64,000 bases of DNA from a virus (lineage: Duplodnaviria > Caudoviricetes): IMG/VR virus record IMGVR_UViG_3300021255_004360, positions 3,350-67,349 of that record; one strand, written 5' to 3'. How positions within the stretch are numbered: the stretch's first letter is position 1; every line of letters begins with the position of its first letter. Below, piece after piece: positions 11,235 to 26,500 of the stretch. The notes beneath the pieces are model-generated. The model searched no databases. It was given only the letters and a program-made list of their open reading frames with translations, and was not told the DNA's origin. The position numbers and the translations under genes were made by a program.

Positions 11235-13918
11235 TGAGAGAAAGTTTTTTAGATAGGAACAGGAGCGTATATTCAACAAACAATGAGTCAAATCTCCATG
11301 TTAATTTGACCCAAAAAGCGAGATTATACCCATTTGATGCTGTCAGGGCAAATATAGATAAATTGCAACTCTACAACGAAGAGAAAGACGCATCAAACAA
11401 TTTCCGTTTGATTTTCACAATTAACCCAATTTGTTCTAATGTTTTGTTTAACATGAGGACGGAGGCTATAAAGAACGAAGGTTCGATAACCGATTGTGTT
11501 GCATTAGTAAAAGATAATGATGTTGCTCCAAGCGAACAATATGCCGTTAATACAAGCCAATTGGATAGGGAGCAAGCAATCAAGGATACTGAATATTCAC
11601 ACCCAGAAATAGGGCAGTGGGTATATCATTGTGGGCTTGATATTTTCAACAACCATAAACTTAGAACGAATTCATTTATCTACATCAGTAAGGTAAAATA
11701 TGGGGAAAATTGTGAGTTTTATAATACATTGTGGGACTACAAGAGGGATAAAAATGGTGTTACAATAGAGGAAGTTTTGATTGATGATGGAACAATTGGT
11801 ACAGCAAGACCATCACATGTATATCAACTTGACAATATATTAACATTTCAAGAAGCGGTACAACAAAACTTATTACTAAGAAATGGTTGGTATGGATTTG
11901 TTAATGAAGGCTCAATCGAAATACCAAACGGAAAACTTTCTGGAATATACGTTAACAAGATAATGAACAACAATAAGGCTTGCGAGGTATATAACATGTA
12001 TCCAGACATTTCCTTATTCTCATTTGTTCCAAAATACAACAAATATCAGCAAAGAAAAGAATCTAATTGGGATTATTGTTTGACATATCCTTATTTTTCC
12101 GATAAGAATATGTTCAAGACAATTAACAACGAAAAGGACGGAATACTTATTATTTCATCTGGTACGTCTTACATGAGTAACGAAACATACCATTGGTATG
12201 AAACAAAATTGCCACATAACTTATCTGTTGGTGATTATGTGAGATTATATACAGCACCAAACAATTTTAAACGCATGAGAGTCGATAAGATTGGTGATGT
12301 AAACAATGGCAACCAAAAAAACATCTTCATGGTAAACTTTAATGGTAAATCTGTTCCACAAGCAACATACATCAAGAAAGATGCCATGGGTCTTGAATGT
12401 AAGTATTATTTCAGGGTTTTCAAGAAGTTGAGAAATATTGATGGTACAGATTTTAAAAGCGATTTATCAAGACAAGCGTTTGGAGAGAACATATATGGCG
12501 ATAGAATAGCCCAACTTACGTTCTTGGATACAATAAACCTTGATAATTTGGTTGATAATATTGGCCGTCCGCTTTCTGAAATTTATTTGACAATAGTCAA
12601 AAGAAACAAGGGGTGGGAAAAATGGTACAAAAATAATAAAAACTATATCGGTGAGGATATTGAATATTCACATTGTTTTGGTCCTGTTACTTGTGGCTTG
12701 GATTTAAGTGCCACAGAAACGGATTATAATGTTCACAAATTGCATAATAATCTATCTAACCCAACATTGCCTACACCAAAACCAATTGTTAAATATAAAG
12801 AGAAAGAAGGGGAAGACGAGACAGAAATAACTATTGATGACGAATTTTTCTATGGTGATATAGTTGAATTCAACCCATATACATTTGATGAGACAGTAAT
12901 CTCAAATGTCTATTATAGATTCAATACCGCACAAAGAGAAATGAGTGGCGATGGTTGAACATATAAAACGACTGATTTGGTTTCTGATGATTATGATGCT
13001 AATGGTTTTAGTACCGTGACGCAAGAGTTTTCTTCATACAAACCAGAAGGATATTATTATTTGCCACACTATAAGATACAACTACATAATATACAAGAAG
13101 AACCAAATAGATTTTTAGCACCAGTTGTTAAACCATATGAAGGAACATCCCCAGACACGGATGAAGATACAACAGACCCAAACATAACACTTAGTTATGC
13201 TGGCATATCTGGTACTAGAATTGTTGGAAATGTGATGACAGCCACAACAGAAAACCGCGTCAATGTAACAACTAACTCACCAACTGGTTATACTTTTGAG
13301 ATTGTTTTCGGGTCATTGGTCAAGATTACGGCATCAACTGACTACGATTATTATGTAGGTGATGTTTTCGGTGTTTGCAAATATAATTCTTCCGATACTA
13401 GTGAAGCAAATGTTTATTGAGGAACAGTTACTGCCGTTGATAAAGTTGATGTAGAAAATGATGGGGTTGTAAAAACATACCCTGTGTTAACAATCGAAAT
13501 AAAGGATTGGCCAGATTTGGATGTTAGTTCTTCTGATGAATTTGCGTTGACAGATGGTACTATACCGCAATACGCAATATACAATCCGTTAGAGCAAACG
13601 TTTATTTGGAAGGATGTTATTTTACCATCAGAAACACCGTCTAATGCAAGTACGTTTAATATGCCATTCTCAAATGGTTCATTTTACATTCACCAAAATG
13701 TAACATTCTTCTTAAGAAGACAAGACCCGTTTGGAATATATGGGTTGCAGGACACGTTTGATTACAGTAAAGAAACAAAATACGAGGATGAAACCGAGGA
13801 AGAGTTCAAACAAAGAGTTAATCCAGAAAGATATCTCGTTTTACTACTTAGAGAAAGAGAAGTTGCCACACAATTCTTGAAATTTGTTGCCACAGATATA
13901 ATTAATAATTGCTTGTAG
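11234..13918 (+). CDS. Baseplate-region hypothetical virion protein (894 aa; TGA at 12956 and 13418)
   Basis: Three track ORFs (11234, 12977, 13484) share one frame and are separated only by TGA. Ends TAG. Confidence 0.7.
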
Positions 13919-13920
13919 AT

Positions 13921-15267
13921 ATGAACACAATAAAAATAAGATTAGACATTGAATCACTAGACAATACCGTATATTCGTACAATCAAGTTGAACAAGAATG
14001 CGGTGTTGAGTATGTTACAGCATCAACCGTACCAGATGATTCTGAAATTGATGAAGAATCACCAAAATATCTCAAGGTGTGTAATCTTATTTTGACTTCT
14101 ACTACTGGTGATGATGAAGTAGACGTTGAAGGTAAATACTATAAGAAAGTATCTGGTAGTGAAACAACATACGCCTATGAAGAACAAACTGTAAAGGAAC
14201 CAGATAAATGTTATATTAGTGGCTATACAGAACTACCAGTAGCTTCTGCAATCACTGATATAGATGATGATTACATATATGTTAGTAGTTGGGATATTGC
14301 TTTCTTTAGAAAAGACAAGTATGTTACCAGCGAATATCTAAAATTGTGCATCCCCGTAAGTAATAATTATGAAACGAATCTATATCAGGAAGAAATGATA
14401 AACGATTTGTTTGTCAATGATATAAAAGCAAATGTCATACCAGGTGTTATTGACATGGAAAAAGTAGTCTTCACACCAGCATTTGAAAACAATGGCACGG
14501 TTTGTGATGCAAAAGAAATTATATTCAATTTACATTTTAGTAATAGGTTAATTGAATCTGGATGGACTGTTAATGAAAGCGTTAATGAATGGAACGGAAT
14601 ACCAGTTGGCACTGTTTTAACAACACAAATGTTAAGAACCTCTGACAATCTTGGCTTTCTTGGTTTTGAAGATGACGATGTGAGATACCAAACAAATAAA
14701 CTCAAGAAAAGTTTCTTACGTGTTTCTTTCTACACCTCCAAAAACCCTTTGGAACAAAAATTGTTAACATATAATACTTCATTCTTTGATTCTGGTGAAC
14801 TATATGGTAAATTTATGAATAATAGGGTTGATGTGAAGGATTTTGGAGTCAACAACAACGAAACACCAGATAGCACCAATAGTAATAGACTCGATTCAAG
14901 AATTACTGTCGTTGATAAAAACAACATAGACAAGTCCAGCGAAGGTTTTTACATCTATCTTTTTAACAATGAGGTTACAGAAAAAAATCCTACGAAAGAT
15001 ATTTATATGAAGGTTGAGTTTAATCATGCAAAATATGGTTTAACCGTGCCAGTTGGCAAGCCATATATTGATTTTATGACTAAACAAATACGACTGATGC
15101 CTTTTTCCGAGTTTTTTAACTCCATGTTCATTAAAATAAAACTAAAATATATTGCAGAAGAGAAAAGATTCGTTTATATTGTATCAGAAGACGGTATTTC
15201 AACACAAATAGATGAGCAGAATAGAAGAATAATTTTCAACCTTTTTGAAGTGAAATTTGAGGAATAA
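13921..15267 (+). CDS. Hypothetical virion protein (448 aa)
   Basis: ATG 13921 lies 2 nt after the upstream TAG. Long acidic ORF in the structural operon; ends TAA. Confidence 0.65.
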   Translation: MNTIKIRLDIESLDNTVYSYNQVEQECGVEYVTASTVPDDSEIDEESPKYLKVCNLILTSTTGDDEVDVEGKYYKKVSGSETTYAYEEQTVKEPDKCYISGYTELPVASAITDIDDDYIYVSSWDIAFFRKDKYVTSEYLKLCIPVSNNYETNLYQEEMINDLFVNDIKANVIPGVIDMEKVVFTPAFENNGTVCDAKEIIFNLHFSNRLIESGWTVNESVNEWNGIPVGTVLTTQMLRTSDNLGFLGFEDDDVRYQTNKLKKSFLRVSFYTSKNPLEQKLLTYNTSFFDSGELYGKFMNNRVDVKDFGVNNNETPDSTNSNRLDSRITVVDKNNIDKSSEGFYIYLFNNEVTEKNPTKDIYMKVEFNHAKYGLTVPVGKPYIDFMTKQIRLMPFSEFFNSMFIKIKLKYIAEEKRFVYIVSEDGISTQIDEQNRRIIFNLFEVKFEE

Positions 15268-18200
15268 ATGGAACACATTTTCAAAAAAATACGTATAGAA
15301 GAAAGCAGAACCAGAACACCTGGTTTAATGCCATTTATTCCATTTAACCAAAAATTCGAAGATTGATTGGTTCCGACAGTTGATGGCGTTGTAAGTAACT
15401 GGGGTGGATTTCCAGGTGACTTTGAAGTAGATGGCAAGAAAGTGTCATACGCCACACTTATGAGAAAGTATTTTGAAATTCAGAAAATACTTTTGAATGG
15501 TATCAAGTTGAAGGAAACAAAGAAAACAAACAACAATTGTTTCTATACCGATAATATCAAAATATGGGATACAAACCCAAGTGCATATACGGTTTGTGAT
15601 ATTTCAAAGTTTGGTGTTAATGGCCGAAAACTATATTATATAAAAAACTTTTCAACCGCACAAACACAAGATGCGAAAATCGGTGACATTTGCTATTATG
15701 ACAACATGTATCAAGTTTATTATGGCAATGGCGAATGATTACCGATTAAGAATGAGGTAGTTTTAACAAACAGACTATCAGATTATATTTCCTGTGGCGG
15801 TTCTGCTACAAGGGAACTTGCAGAAGATGTTATAGGGGTATATATCATACCAGAAGAATGTAAAGCGGAAAGAACGCCAGATTTCCTATATTATACACAG
15901 ATACCACTATGAATATCTTTGCTAAAGTATTTGAAAAACAAAGGTATATGCTGTAATAATCAATACAAGATGTATGGTGGTGACTGTCTTCTCAATAAAC
16001 TTACAGGTTTTACAATCACACCGTCAGCATATGAACCAATAGTTCCATCCATAGAACTTCCACTATTTTTAAGACAAAATTATAGTAACATTGGTGTTTT
16101 AACAACATACGATGAGTCAATGGACTTTGACCCAACACTGCCAGAAAATCAAGGACTTTACCCAGAAAGAGTAAGTGGATTATCAATTTCAGCTGAGTCA
16201 AAACTAAAAACATTAAGGTCAAGAAAGAGAGTTTACAATGAGGATGGCACATTAGCCGATTATATCCTTGTTGATGGCGTGAGACGTGTCCCTTACGAGA
16301 TTGGAGGGGATGGTGCTGCTTCCGCTAACACCTTCAACACATATTATATTGGTGATGGAAGGTATGTTGGAGATTTCGTTACGAAAATTACATATTTTGA
16401 TGAGGATGGGAATGAAACAACGCCAGAGTTAGCAAAATATGTTGAGTTTGAATATGTAATTGGTGGCGAGTTTACTGGTGAAGGAATTATAGATGACGAT
16501 GAGTGCGAATTAACGTTTAATGGCATAGAAGAGGATACAATTATAAATATTCCTGGTAGCGGTGGAACGTTTCATTTTGAGGTTGACACGACTTGTAGTG
16601 GTGGGTGAACAGCTTATATTGTTGAATGTGAAGACGAATACCTAACATTAAAACACACGTATAATGTCACTGGTGAAACAGTACAGGATGAACAAGGAAC
16701 ACTTACAATAACAGGTATCAGTGGTTTTGGCTCAATTGAAGAGGTAAATGTAGAATCAAATACATGGTGGCGTTTGTTGGATATACCGAGTGATAGGCTA
16801 TCATTTTCAACCGATTATGGTGTTGATTTCAGAGATTTGTTTATTACTGTAAACCCGTATAATGCAGGTGCGGATATAGGAATAATACAAATAACCGCTG
16901 CAACTGTGCAATATGGCACAAATTATGAAAACACGAAATACATTGTACTTGAACAAGATTCAGAATACATCACAATTAGTGGTTATACAGCCTGTACCAC
17001 ATGGGAAACCCAAACAAGTGGCGCGACAGAAGAACCAGTACCGTTTGTGGTTGATTCAAGTTTTGTTGATTGGGAGGTTATTTCAAAACCAGATTGGTGT
17101 GTTGTAACGAAAGAGAGCAATACACAAATGAACGTTTCTTTGCTGACGAATGAAACGATACACCCAAGGGATGGTGTTATAACGATTGGTAAGAACGGTG
17201 TTTATGCCACATTGTCTGTTTCACAAGAAAAGGGTATTGCTTACTTAATTGATGTGTTCCAAATTGTTGAAATTGAAGATGGAATTACTGGCAAGAGTTA
17301 TGAGGACATATATCTTGATGGTAATGAAGAAGCGTTATTTGGTGTTGAGATTTATGACCTCGAACATTTAGACAGTCCAATATCACCAATACCAAATTGG
17401 GGTATGGTTGATATTTCTACAACGTTCAATAATCCAACAGTTACTAATGATTACATTACCATCGCCGAATCAGCGTTTACATTCACAAACATGTACACAG
17501 GTTCTGGTGAAGCATATGGTACTGTTCATGTTTTCATGGAAAATACTTTGAATTGTTCAGCCTCAACACAAACAATATATCTATCTAAATATGTGTTATA
17601 TGTAGCCCCAGCAACTGGTGAGTGTGAAGAGAAAAGAGACGCTGAATTGAGGGACTGTGATATAACGAATGGTAGTGTGTTGGATTTGTGTGATGAAACA
17701 GAACAGAATTTCAATGTTTATACAAATGTTGAAACTGGTTGGACGGTAGAAATAGAGTTTGGGCCGTATTTGTCAATTGACTATACTTCGTTAACGTATG
17801 ACTGTACGAGTACATATCAAAAAGCACATGTTGGTTCTAACATAACATGGAAATTTACTAAAGAGTATGTTGTCACAACGGGAAGTGTTGAGGACTATGA
17901 ATATATATGTCCAAATCCTGAAGAATGTGAACCAACATTGGAAGATAAGTTTGCTCAAATGTATTCGCTGGGGTATTTCGTTGAATGTGGAGAATATACC
18001 TATGTTCATATAACAGAAACACAATACAAAAACAGAGAAGATAGTGGTGAGACATACACAGAAGCAAGTACTGTTCCTGTGGAAAATATAACAGAAGAAA
18101 GTCCTGTGTATCTCAAGGTTGATAACAATTATTGGATGAAGATATTAACACCAGACTGGTGTACTGTCATCCCAGACAATGGTACAATGGATACAGAGGT

Positions 18201-20499
18201 TGGTGTTTTTGTGGAAAGTAATCCTTACAACACAAGATATTTGGTATTAACACTTGAACAGTATGAAGCAATATATGATGAAGATGGTAATGAAATGGTT
18301 GTTACACCATTTAAACTCTTCATTATGCAAGGACAGTGTGAATCCGATGAGCCAGAAATTGATGTTGATACGGATGAATTGACATTCACAAAGAATACTG
18401 ATTTTGCAAGAATACAAATATCATCAAATACCAGTTGGGTGACAGACGTTTTTGTTGAATCAGATGGTGATGGATGGATAGTAGGTTCAACAGATGACCC
18501 AGAATATGGTATGCTTCCTACAAAATTCGCTGTTGTTTCAAAAATAAGCGATGGTGCACAATATGATTATATTGAAGTAATAAGTGACCCTGAAGCAAGC
18601 AATAATGGATATTGGAAGAAAGTAGCCACACCACCATCAAGTGAAAATATCGTAGAAGATAGAGGCGAGTGGTGTACTGTGATACCAGAGGAAGGGGAAG
18701 GTACACAGATAGTCGTTGTATTTGTAAGAACGAACAGTGGTGAACATGAAAGAATGGCTAGATTGATAATATCAGAGAACAGCAATTCAACAGAACCGCT
18801 TGAACCAACGGTTGTTAAAATCTTACAACTTGCTGGAACGATTGATGTTGATGAATCATTATATGTTTCATCTGGTTATACATATCCAGCAGGAGCAACA
18901 ATAGAAGAACAGAAACAATGGTTCGTGGACCAATATAATATGGGTATATTTAGTGACAACTATGATTTAGGAAATATGTGTAACATAACCATTCCTATTG
19001 ATATTTTCACAACAGTACCAGAAGGCTTTGAATATTATATTGAGTTCTGTGAGGGAATTGATTTGAAAGTAAAAGATGGGGAAGAAGATTGTACTGGACT
19101 GACAGTATCTTGCGTGAGGGATTTGAAGACATTAGATGTTGTTTCTAACGGATATTGGGCTTGCCTACCAGTATTTGAAGAAAATGAAACACCGTGAATT
19201 CGTGTAATTCCTTCAAACGGTTACGGTGACCAGACAATAGGATTATTTGTTTCTGAAAACGCTTCCACATTAGAGAGACAGTGTACTTTGTCATTTACTG
19301 GTGCTTCTGATTGTGAATGTGTTAGCAGTGGTGAGACATCATTAACAATCACAATAACACAAGAGGCGGCATCGGCAGTTACAATATTCCCAAGTACGTT
19401 AATGTTTACCCCTAAGAGTGATTTTAAGACAATTTATTTAACATCACAAAATGTTGGTTCGTGGGGTGTTTCAGAAATAACAAACCAAGGTAGTACGTGG
19501 TGTAGCGTTCTTCCTACATCTGGTGTTGGAAGTGATACGATTGTTGTAAAAGTCGATGCAAACATTGGTGCGGATAGGAGTTGTGATGTTGTGTTCACAG
19601 GGGTTAGCACGGCACATTCTACATCAAACTCTGTGTTACACGTAATGCAAAGCGGGCCATATCTTGAGGTATCACCTTCAAGTGTTGGTACGTTACAAGG
19701 AACCACAGATTTTGCCTCAGTAAATATTAGTTGCAATACTGTTTGGTCAGCAAGTTCTGATGCAGCATGGTGTTCCGTAACACCAAGCGTTGATGATGTG
19801 CATGGAAATATAACGCCAAACAAGTTATTGATTTTTGTTAAAGAAAATAGTGGTGAACAAAGAAGTTGTACCGTTACTGTTAGAACAATGGATGGAAGTG
19901 ATATAGTGAGAACGGTAACCGTAACACAAGCAAAGAGTGAGGGCGCAAAAGTAGAAACACCAAATGTCTATTTGATGAACGCAACTAAGACTGGATTGAC
20001 GTTTGGATGGGATGCTGTTAGCGGTGCTGAATCCTATGATATTTACTTTGATTTGGCAAGTAACCTTGAGGCTGGTGGTAAACCAACGAGAGTCATGGAT
20101 TCATTTACTGGAACAGCCGTAACATTTACATCATTAACGTCCTACTTAGCATCATCTGACGATGCCAGAGTCAATATACTTGGTGGACACGTAAGCGGTT
20201 ATACACCAGAAGATAGTTGGCCAATCGGAACTATATTGGATGAGGAACGTGTACCACATAGCGTTGTTGTTTACTCGTTACCAAACGGTACGCAATTCAG
20301 TTTAACTGGATTAACCGATGGATTGTCACCAGCAACTGAATATGTAATCGGTGTTGTTGCCCATTCACACATGGGAACAGCAATTGGTGAAACACTTGAA
20401 GGAAGATTTACTATTTATACAGAACCACCTGGTGCAGACAATGAGCCAGTCGGCCCTGAGGAAATAAACTCTGATTACTGACCATTAATAGATACGTAA
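15268..20499 (+). CDS. Large virion protein with BACON-like and FN3-like domains (about 1743 aa; 6 TGA)
   Basis: TGA at 15364, 15736, 15910, 16606, 19195 and 20479, all in one frame from ATG 15268. BACON-like motifs PDWCTVIP, SNTSWVT, CNTVWSASSDAAWCSVTP and N...R.C.V...Q; FN3-like LTFGWDAVSGAESY. The last TGA could be the stop (only 5 further codons). Confidence 0.75.
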
Positions 20500-20500
20500 T

Positions 20501-23500
20501 ATGCCAACACCTAAAACATGAGAATCTACATATAACGGAAAGCGTTTACATTTCGATAAAGAACTTAATGTTCTTTGTGAAATTGATACAGGCTGGACGG
20601 CTAATATTGATACGTGGGAACGCACAATGTACCCACCTATCATTGCTATGGATTCAAGAACCGTTTCAGGAGTTACATTTACGTGGGATAATGGTGATGC
20701 GGCAGCTACAGACAATATGATATCTGCCTACACAACATATTGGGGATGGATTGATAGTGGTGGTACAGAACACTACATTGACAATTCAACAGCCACAACA
20801 CAGACAAAAATCAGAGAATGTTCTGCCGAATACATAGAGCCAGGAACACCAATAATCTTGTGAGCAAGACAAACTCCTTACGAGGGACAATATTATGCTG
20901 GTGAGCATCTATTACCTTCATTGTTTAGTAGTTGTACTTTCACAACTTTGTCAAGGATAATGACTGTAACAACAATTACAATCACGAACCTTACACCAAG
21001 TTCATTTAACGTTGTTTGGAACACAGTACCAAACGCTATCGGTTATCAAGTGTTTTTGTACCTTGGTGATGGTGATGAAGGCGACACACCAATATCATCC
21101 ACAACAACAAATGGCAGTGCGTTAACTTATACAAACCTGTCAGCAGATACAACATATAGCATAAGAATTATTGCAAATGCAGATGGTATAGAATATGCTG
21201 ACTCGTTGATTAGTCATGCAGAACATACACATCTTGACCCGTTAATTCCATTGGACCCACCACAAAACATACAATTAGTGGACAGAACGGAATCAACATT
21301 AACATTTACATGGGAGCCACCTGAAAGTGTTGTTGGTTTAACTGGTTATACAGTATCAATACGCGGTGTTGGCGATTATGTGGTTGATGCAAACACAAAT
21401 ACAATTACCTTAACTAATTTAAGGGAGGGTGTAGAGTATGTAGTTTGGTTCAAGTCAAATGGTGATAAGTTGGATTATGATGATTCAATAGAGGTGTCAG
21501 CAACAGGAACACCAATGAGACAATCATTGATTGTTTCATCTGCAAAATTCCCAAGTTCAGAAACCATATATTGGGACCATGATACTGGTTATACATATGG
21601 AATACAACCACAACTAAATCTTTCAACACCAGCCAGTGTTTATACAAGTGTTATTTCTGGCTGGTCATATGATACTGTTGACTGGGATTCAAAAACAGCG
21701 TTGACACCAGTACAGATAACTCTTACCAACAAGACTCTTAATAGCATAACAGTGTCTTTGTCAACACCAGAAACTGATTGGCAAGGAAACCATGTTGTTG
21801 GTATTAATGAGGGTAGAACATATCTCAATCCAACCACAACAACGCAAAACAAAAGCGTAACAACAAAGACATTTACTGGATTGAACCCTGAAACTGATTA
21901 TACCATATCGGTGTTGCAACAAATTACAAATAGCGACAAGTATTTTGCGTGGGACAGCCCTTCGTTATATACATTGTCAACAATGGGACAAGCAAGACAA
22001 GTGGCAAACTTACGTATGATATCATCAACCGTAACATCTGTCACGTTTGCTTGGGAAGTAGGGCTATTTGGTGTTGGTTATAATGTTCATTACAAGAAAC
22101 AGAGAAATTTTGTTCCTACTACAGCAACAACAAAACAAGAATTGGACTACAATACAACACAAATTACAATAACAGGGTTGAGTGGTTCAACTGGTGACAC
22201 GTTGGCTGTATATTATATTGGGGTTGTTACACGTGGTGATGGTGTTAATTTTGTTGATTCAGATATAGTAACAGCATCTGGTACAACGCAAGCGTTGTTA
22301 AAATTGTCTGGTTATACAATCAATGAAACACATACAGCCAGAACAATTAAAATCAGTTGAACTACGCCAACCTATGGAGGTACGCCAAAAGGATATTATA
22401 TTTGGGTTGACGGAGGGTTATTGGATTACGTTTCCAATACAACACGCACATATACTGTTACTGGATGTGACCCAACAAGAACATATAGGTACGGCATAAT
22501 CGCAGAAGGTGACAACGTATATAATACTAGGTCTGATGTTGTAAGTGGAACGGTAACAACATCAGCACTAACGCCTTTAGCAACACCCACAGTTACTTGT
22601 ACGAACAGAGGCGCAAACAATTTGACTTTCGGTTGAGGTGCTATATCACATGCGTCTGGTTATCTTGTGGAAACAGGTACGACATCATCAAACTGGCAAC
22701 GTGTTGGAACAATAACCGATACGTCAATAGTATTGAATGGTCTGCAACCAGAACATACATATTACATTAGAGTACAAGCCGTGGCTGCTTCTGATTCAGA
22801 GTATGAAAGCAGTCAGTTTGGTGTAGCAAATGGAACAACATTATCTTTGGTGAAATTACAACCACCAAGGAATATCACTCTTATTGGTATGACACCAACC
22901 ACCTTGAAGTATAGTTACAACCATCCTGCTGACACAAGTGGTCTTACTGGCTATACATTCTACAAAAATAATGTTGTGTATAGTAACAAGGCAAGCGGTG
23001 CTACTAGAGAAATAGAGTTTACAAATTTAACACCAAACACACAATATACATTGGGATTTAGGTCTATGGGCGACCAGTCTTATGCTAGTGATTCGGATGT
23101 AGTTAATGTGTATGGCACACCACTACCAGAGGAATTGGTAATATCGTCAAACAAATTCCCAAGTTCAGAAACTTCATACTGAGACCCTACAACTGGCTAT
23201 ACATATGCTATACAACCAAGTTTAAATCTTTCAACGCCAGCCAATGTATTTACAACCGTTTTCACTGGATGGACGTTTGAAACAACAAGCTGACAAAGTA
23301 AAACAGCATTGACACCAGTTTCAATAACATTGGTGAGTTGGGATTATACTTCTGCCGTAACAAACTTTAGTACAGCAGAAGGTAGTAGTGTGTGGAATGG
23401 TAATTATTTGATTGAGGTGGCATCAGGGAGAACATTTACACAATCTAATGTTGTTACGTCTTTTACAAAAACAAAATCTACCACAAGTTGTAACATAACA

Positions 23501-26500
23501 AATTTGTTAGAAGGGCAAGAATATACGATAAGAATATACCAGAATCTGACAAGTAGTGACAATTATTTTGTGATGAACGATGGTTCATACTATACGTTCA
23601 GAACAAAACAACATGTATTGCCAGTAACCAACTTGTCAGCGGTTACCGTTGATGTAACTTCACTGACATTTACTTGGAATAGTGCGTTATACGCTTCTGG
23701 GTATGATGTTCGTTTCAAAACAGGTACAACCATAACAACGGCAGATACCAAGACAGCACTTACCACTACAATGATAACGTACAATAACCTTACTGGACAA
23801 ACAAATTATGTGGTAGGTGTCGTTTCAAAGGGTGATGGTGTTAACTTTGGTGACGCTACAGCAATGACGATTTATAATGTTAGAACATTAGACCTTGTAA
23901 AATTGACTGGCGTTACACTTACAGCAACAGCACTAGACCAAAGAACAATACGCCTTAACTGGGGTATAGGAAACACAGATGGAGTAACTGGTTACAGTAT
24001 TTATGTATCACAAACAAATACAAAACCAGCGAACCCACATTCTGTTTATTCAGGAACATCTACAACATCTCTTAGACTTGTTGATTTGAGCGCAAACAGA
24101 CAATATTATTTCTGGGTTGTGGCAAACGGGAATAAAGTTTATTATACAGATTCAGACCCTGTATCGGCAAGTACGAGTACATTAGCACCAGAAAAGTTAC
24201 CTAAACATTCTTTATATACTTGGACGCAGGAAAAACATTATATCACGTTGAGGTGAAATGTCCTATCCGCGTCAAACGAACATACGGCTGTAAATTATTC
24301 TATATACGCTTCAAGAAATGCAACTATGCCATCAACGCCTTATGAAACAACAACTGGTGGTAGTGGTGCTGTACGAGAGATTACTATTACCGATTTAACA
24401 CCAGGTACAAGATATTATTTTTGGATAGTTGCCAATGGTGATGGGGTGTGAACACAAAATTCTGATGTAAGTAACAGTCACACAACCAACACAACAGATT
24501 TGGATAAATTGGTTGTTACAATTGGAAGTACAACCAATATAACACCAAACAGTTTTACAATAAATTGGAGTGTTAACTATTCACAAGTAAATAATTTTAT
24601 AATTTATAGTGGAACTACTAATAATCCAACTACTGTCGTAGACAACAATGTTAGTAGTAGCAGGAGAGACTATACATTCAGCGGATTAGCCCCAAATACG
24701 CCTTATTATTTTGGCGTTGTGGCAAAGGGTGATAATTACAATACGACTGATTCTGATAAAGCAACTGGTTCTACAAGAACAAGCCAGTTGACACAACTTT
24801 ACATAACAGACATACAAGTAAGTTCTATTTCCGCAAAAAGTATGACAGTTGCGTGAACAGTGAGTGGTTCACCAGTTTCCAGTTATACAGTACAAGTTAG
24901 TTCCACCACATATACGTTTGATTCTGGTGTCACGTCACATAGGTTTACAGGACTAAACCCTAACACATCTTATACAATCAAAGTAAAGGCGATAGGTGTG
25001 GATGGACAATCATTGACTTCTGCTGAGAGGACAACAACAACAAGAACGATTGCAACATCTGGATTGAGTATAACAAACTTAACACAAACAGCGTCAACAA
25101 AAACATCTGCAAGTATTTCTTGGTCTGTAAGTCCTACTATACCTTCTAACACAACTTATGCAATACTTAGTGGTATAAGTTATGACAGAGTTGTTGCCAT
25201 TGGGCTTACCTCACCAAACTATACAATAAATGGATTGTCGTCAGGCATGTCTTATAATTTTGCTGTGTCTGCAATGACAACAAACGAAAATTATACAAAT
25301 TCAACATTAACTAATAGCGCAAAAATTACTGTCAAGACAAACTATGTTGGGGCAACAGCCGCTACGCTAACTAATTTCAACGCAACATATTCTCAAATAC
25401 CTGCGGCTGGTACTGGCAATAATTATGTTACTCCTACTAATGCAACAGCAAGTTCGATTACTTCTTATACCGTTTGGAATTATGCTGGGAATGTTGTAAC
25501 TACCGATAATTATACAAATAGCGCAATAGTAAGAACTTCTTCATCGCCAGCATTAACGTTTAGTGGTGTTAGCGCCAACTCAACAACAGCGCTTGATTTT
25601 AACACTGCTACTGGTGGTGTGAAAGTTGATACAAGGGGTAGTACAACTGGTGCACAGTGAACGGTATATACTGTTTATGGTGTATATAACAACACAGTAT
25701 CTAGTAACAGCGTTCAAGTTAAACAACAAAAGAATGAGTTTCTTAGTTATTCAGATTATGGTGTACCAGTTGCTGAATCTGGTCTGTTTGAAGCAAACAA
25801 AGTAATACCTGCAAGCGCATTTACAGCAACCGTTGGCACAACGTCAACTTCAACTGTTAAGACTACAACAGCCAAACTTAATACAGGTATAACACAAACA
25901 AGAAAGATAAATTATACTGCTGGGGTTGTAACTGATAACGAGTACAAACCTGGTTCAGCCTCGATTACCTATGGATTTAGTGGCACTTCTACTTTCAATT
26001 CACTTGGCACTAGTGTTGTTCCATCATCAACAACTAACGTGTATATCTGGTATGCAGCAAACGGCGTTACTGGCGGTCCACAAACAGTCACATTGGAGAG
26101 AAGTGAAAATGTTATAACATCTGGGTCAACAATAACCGTAACGAATTATTCGGATAACTCGATGAGTAATAGAATACAAGTACAGCCATCAAGTGTTACG
26201 CTTTCATTTTCTTTGTCTGGTGTGTTAAAATATACGAGTACTGAAACAGCCGTTACCACAAATCCTAATGACTACACGATTGAATTACTAGATGGTGGTA
26301 ATAGCGGAAATAGAACTTATACAACTGGAAAGATTGGTACGCAATTGACGATGAAGTTTTCATCACTTGAAACTAATACGACTCCTACAGCTAATACAAT
26401 TGTTAAATTTTCTTATGTTAGTTATAGTACTAGGACAAAATACATTTATGTTAGGGAACTTGCAAACACATCACAAGTCACATCACTAAATATTAATTGG

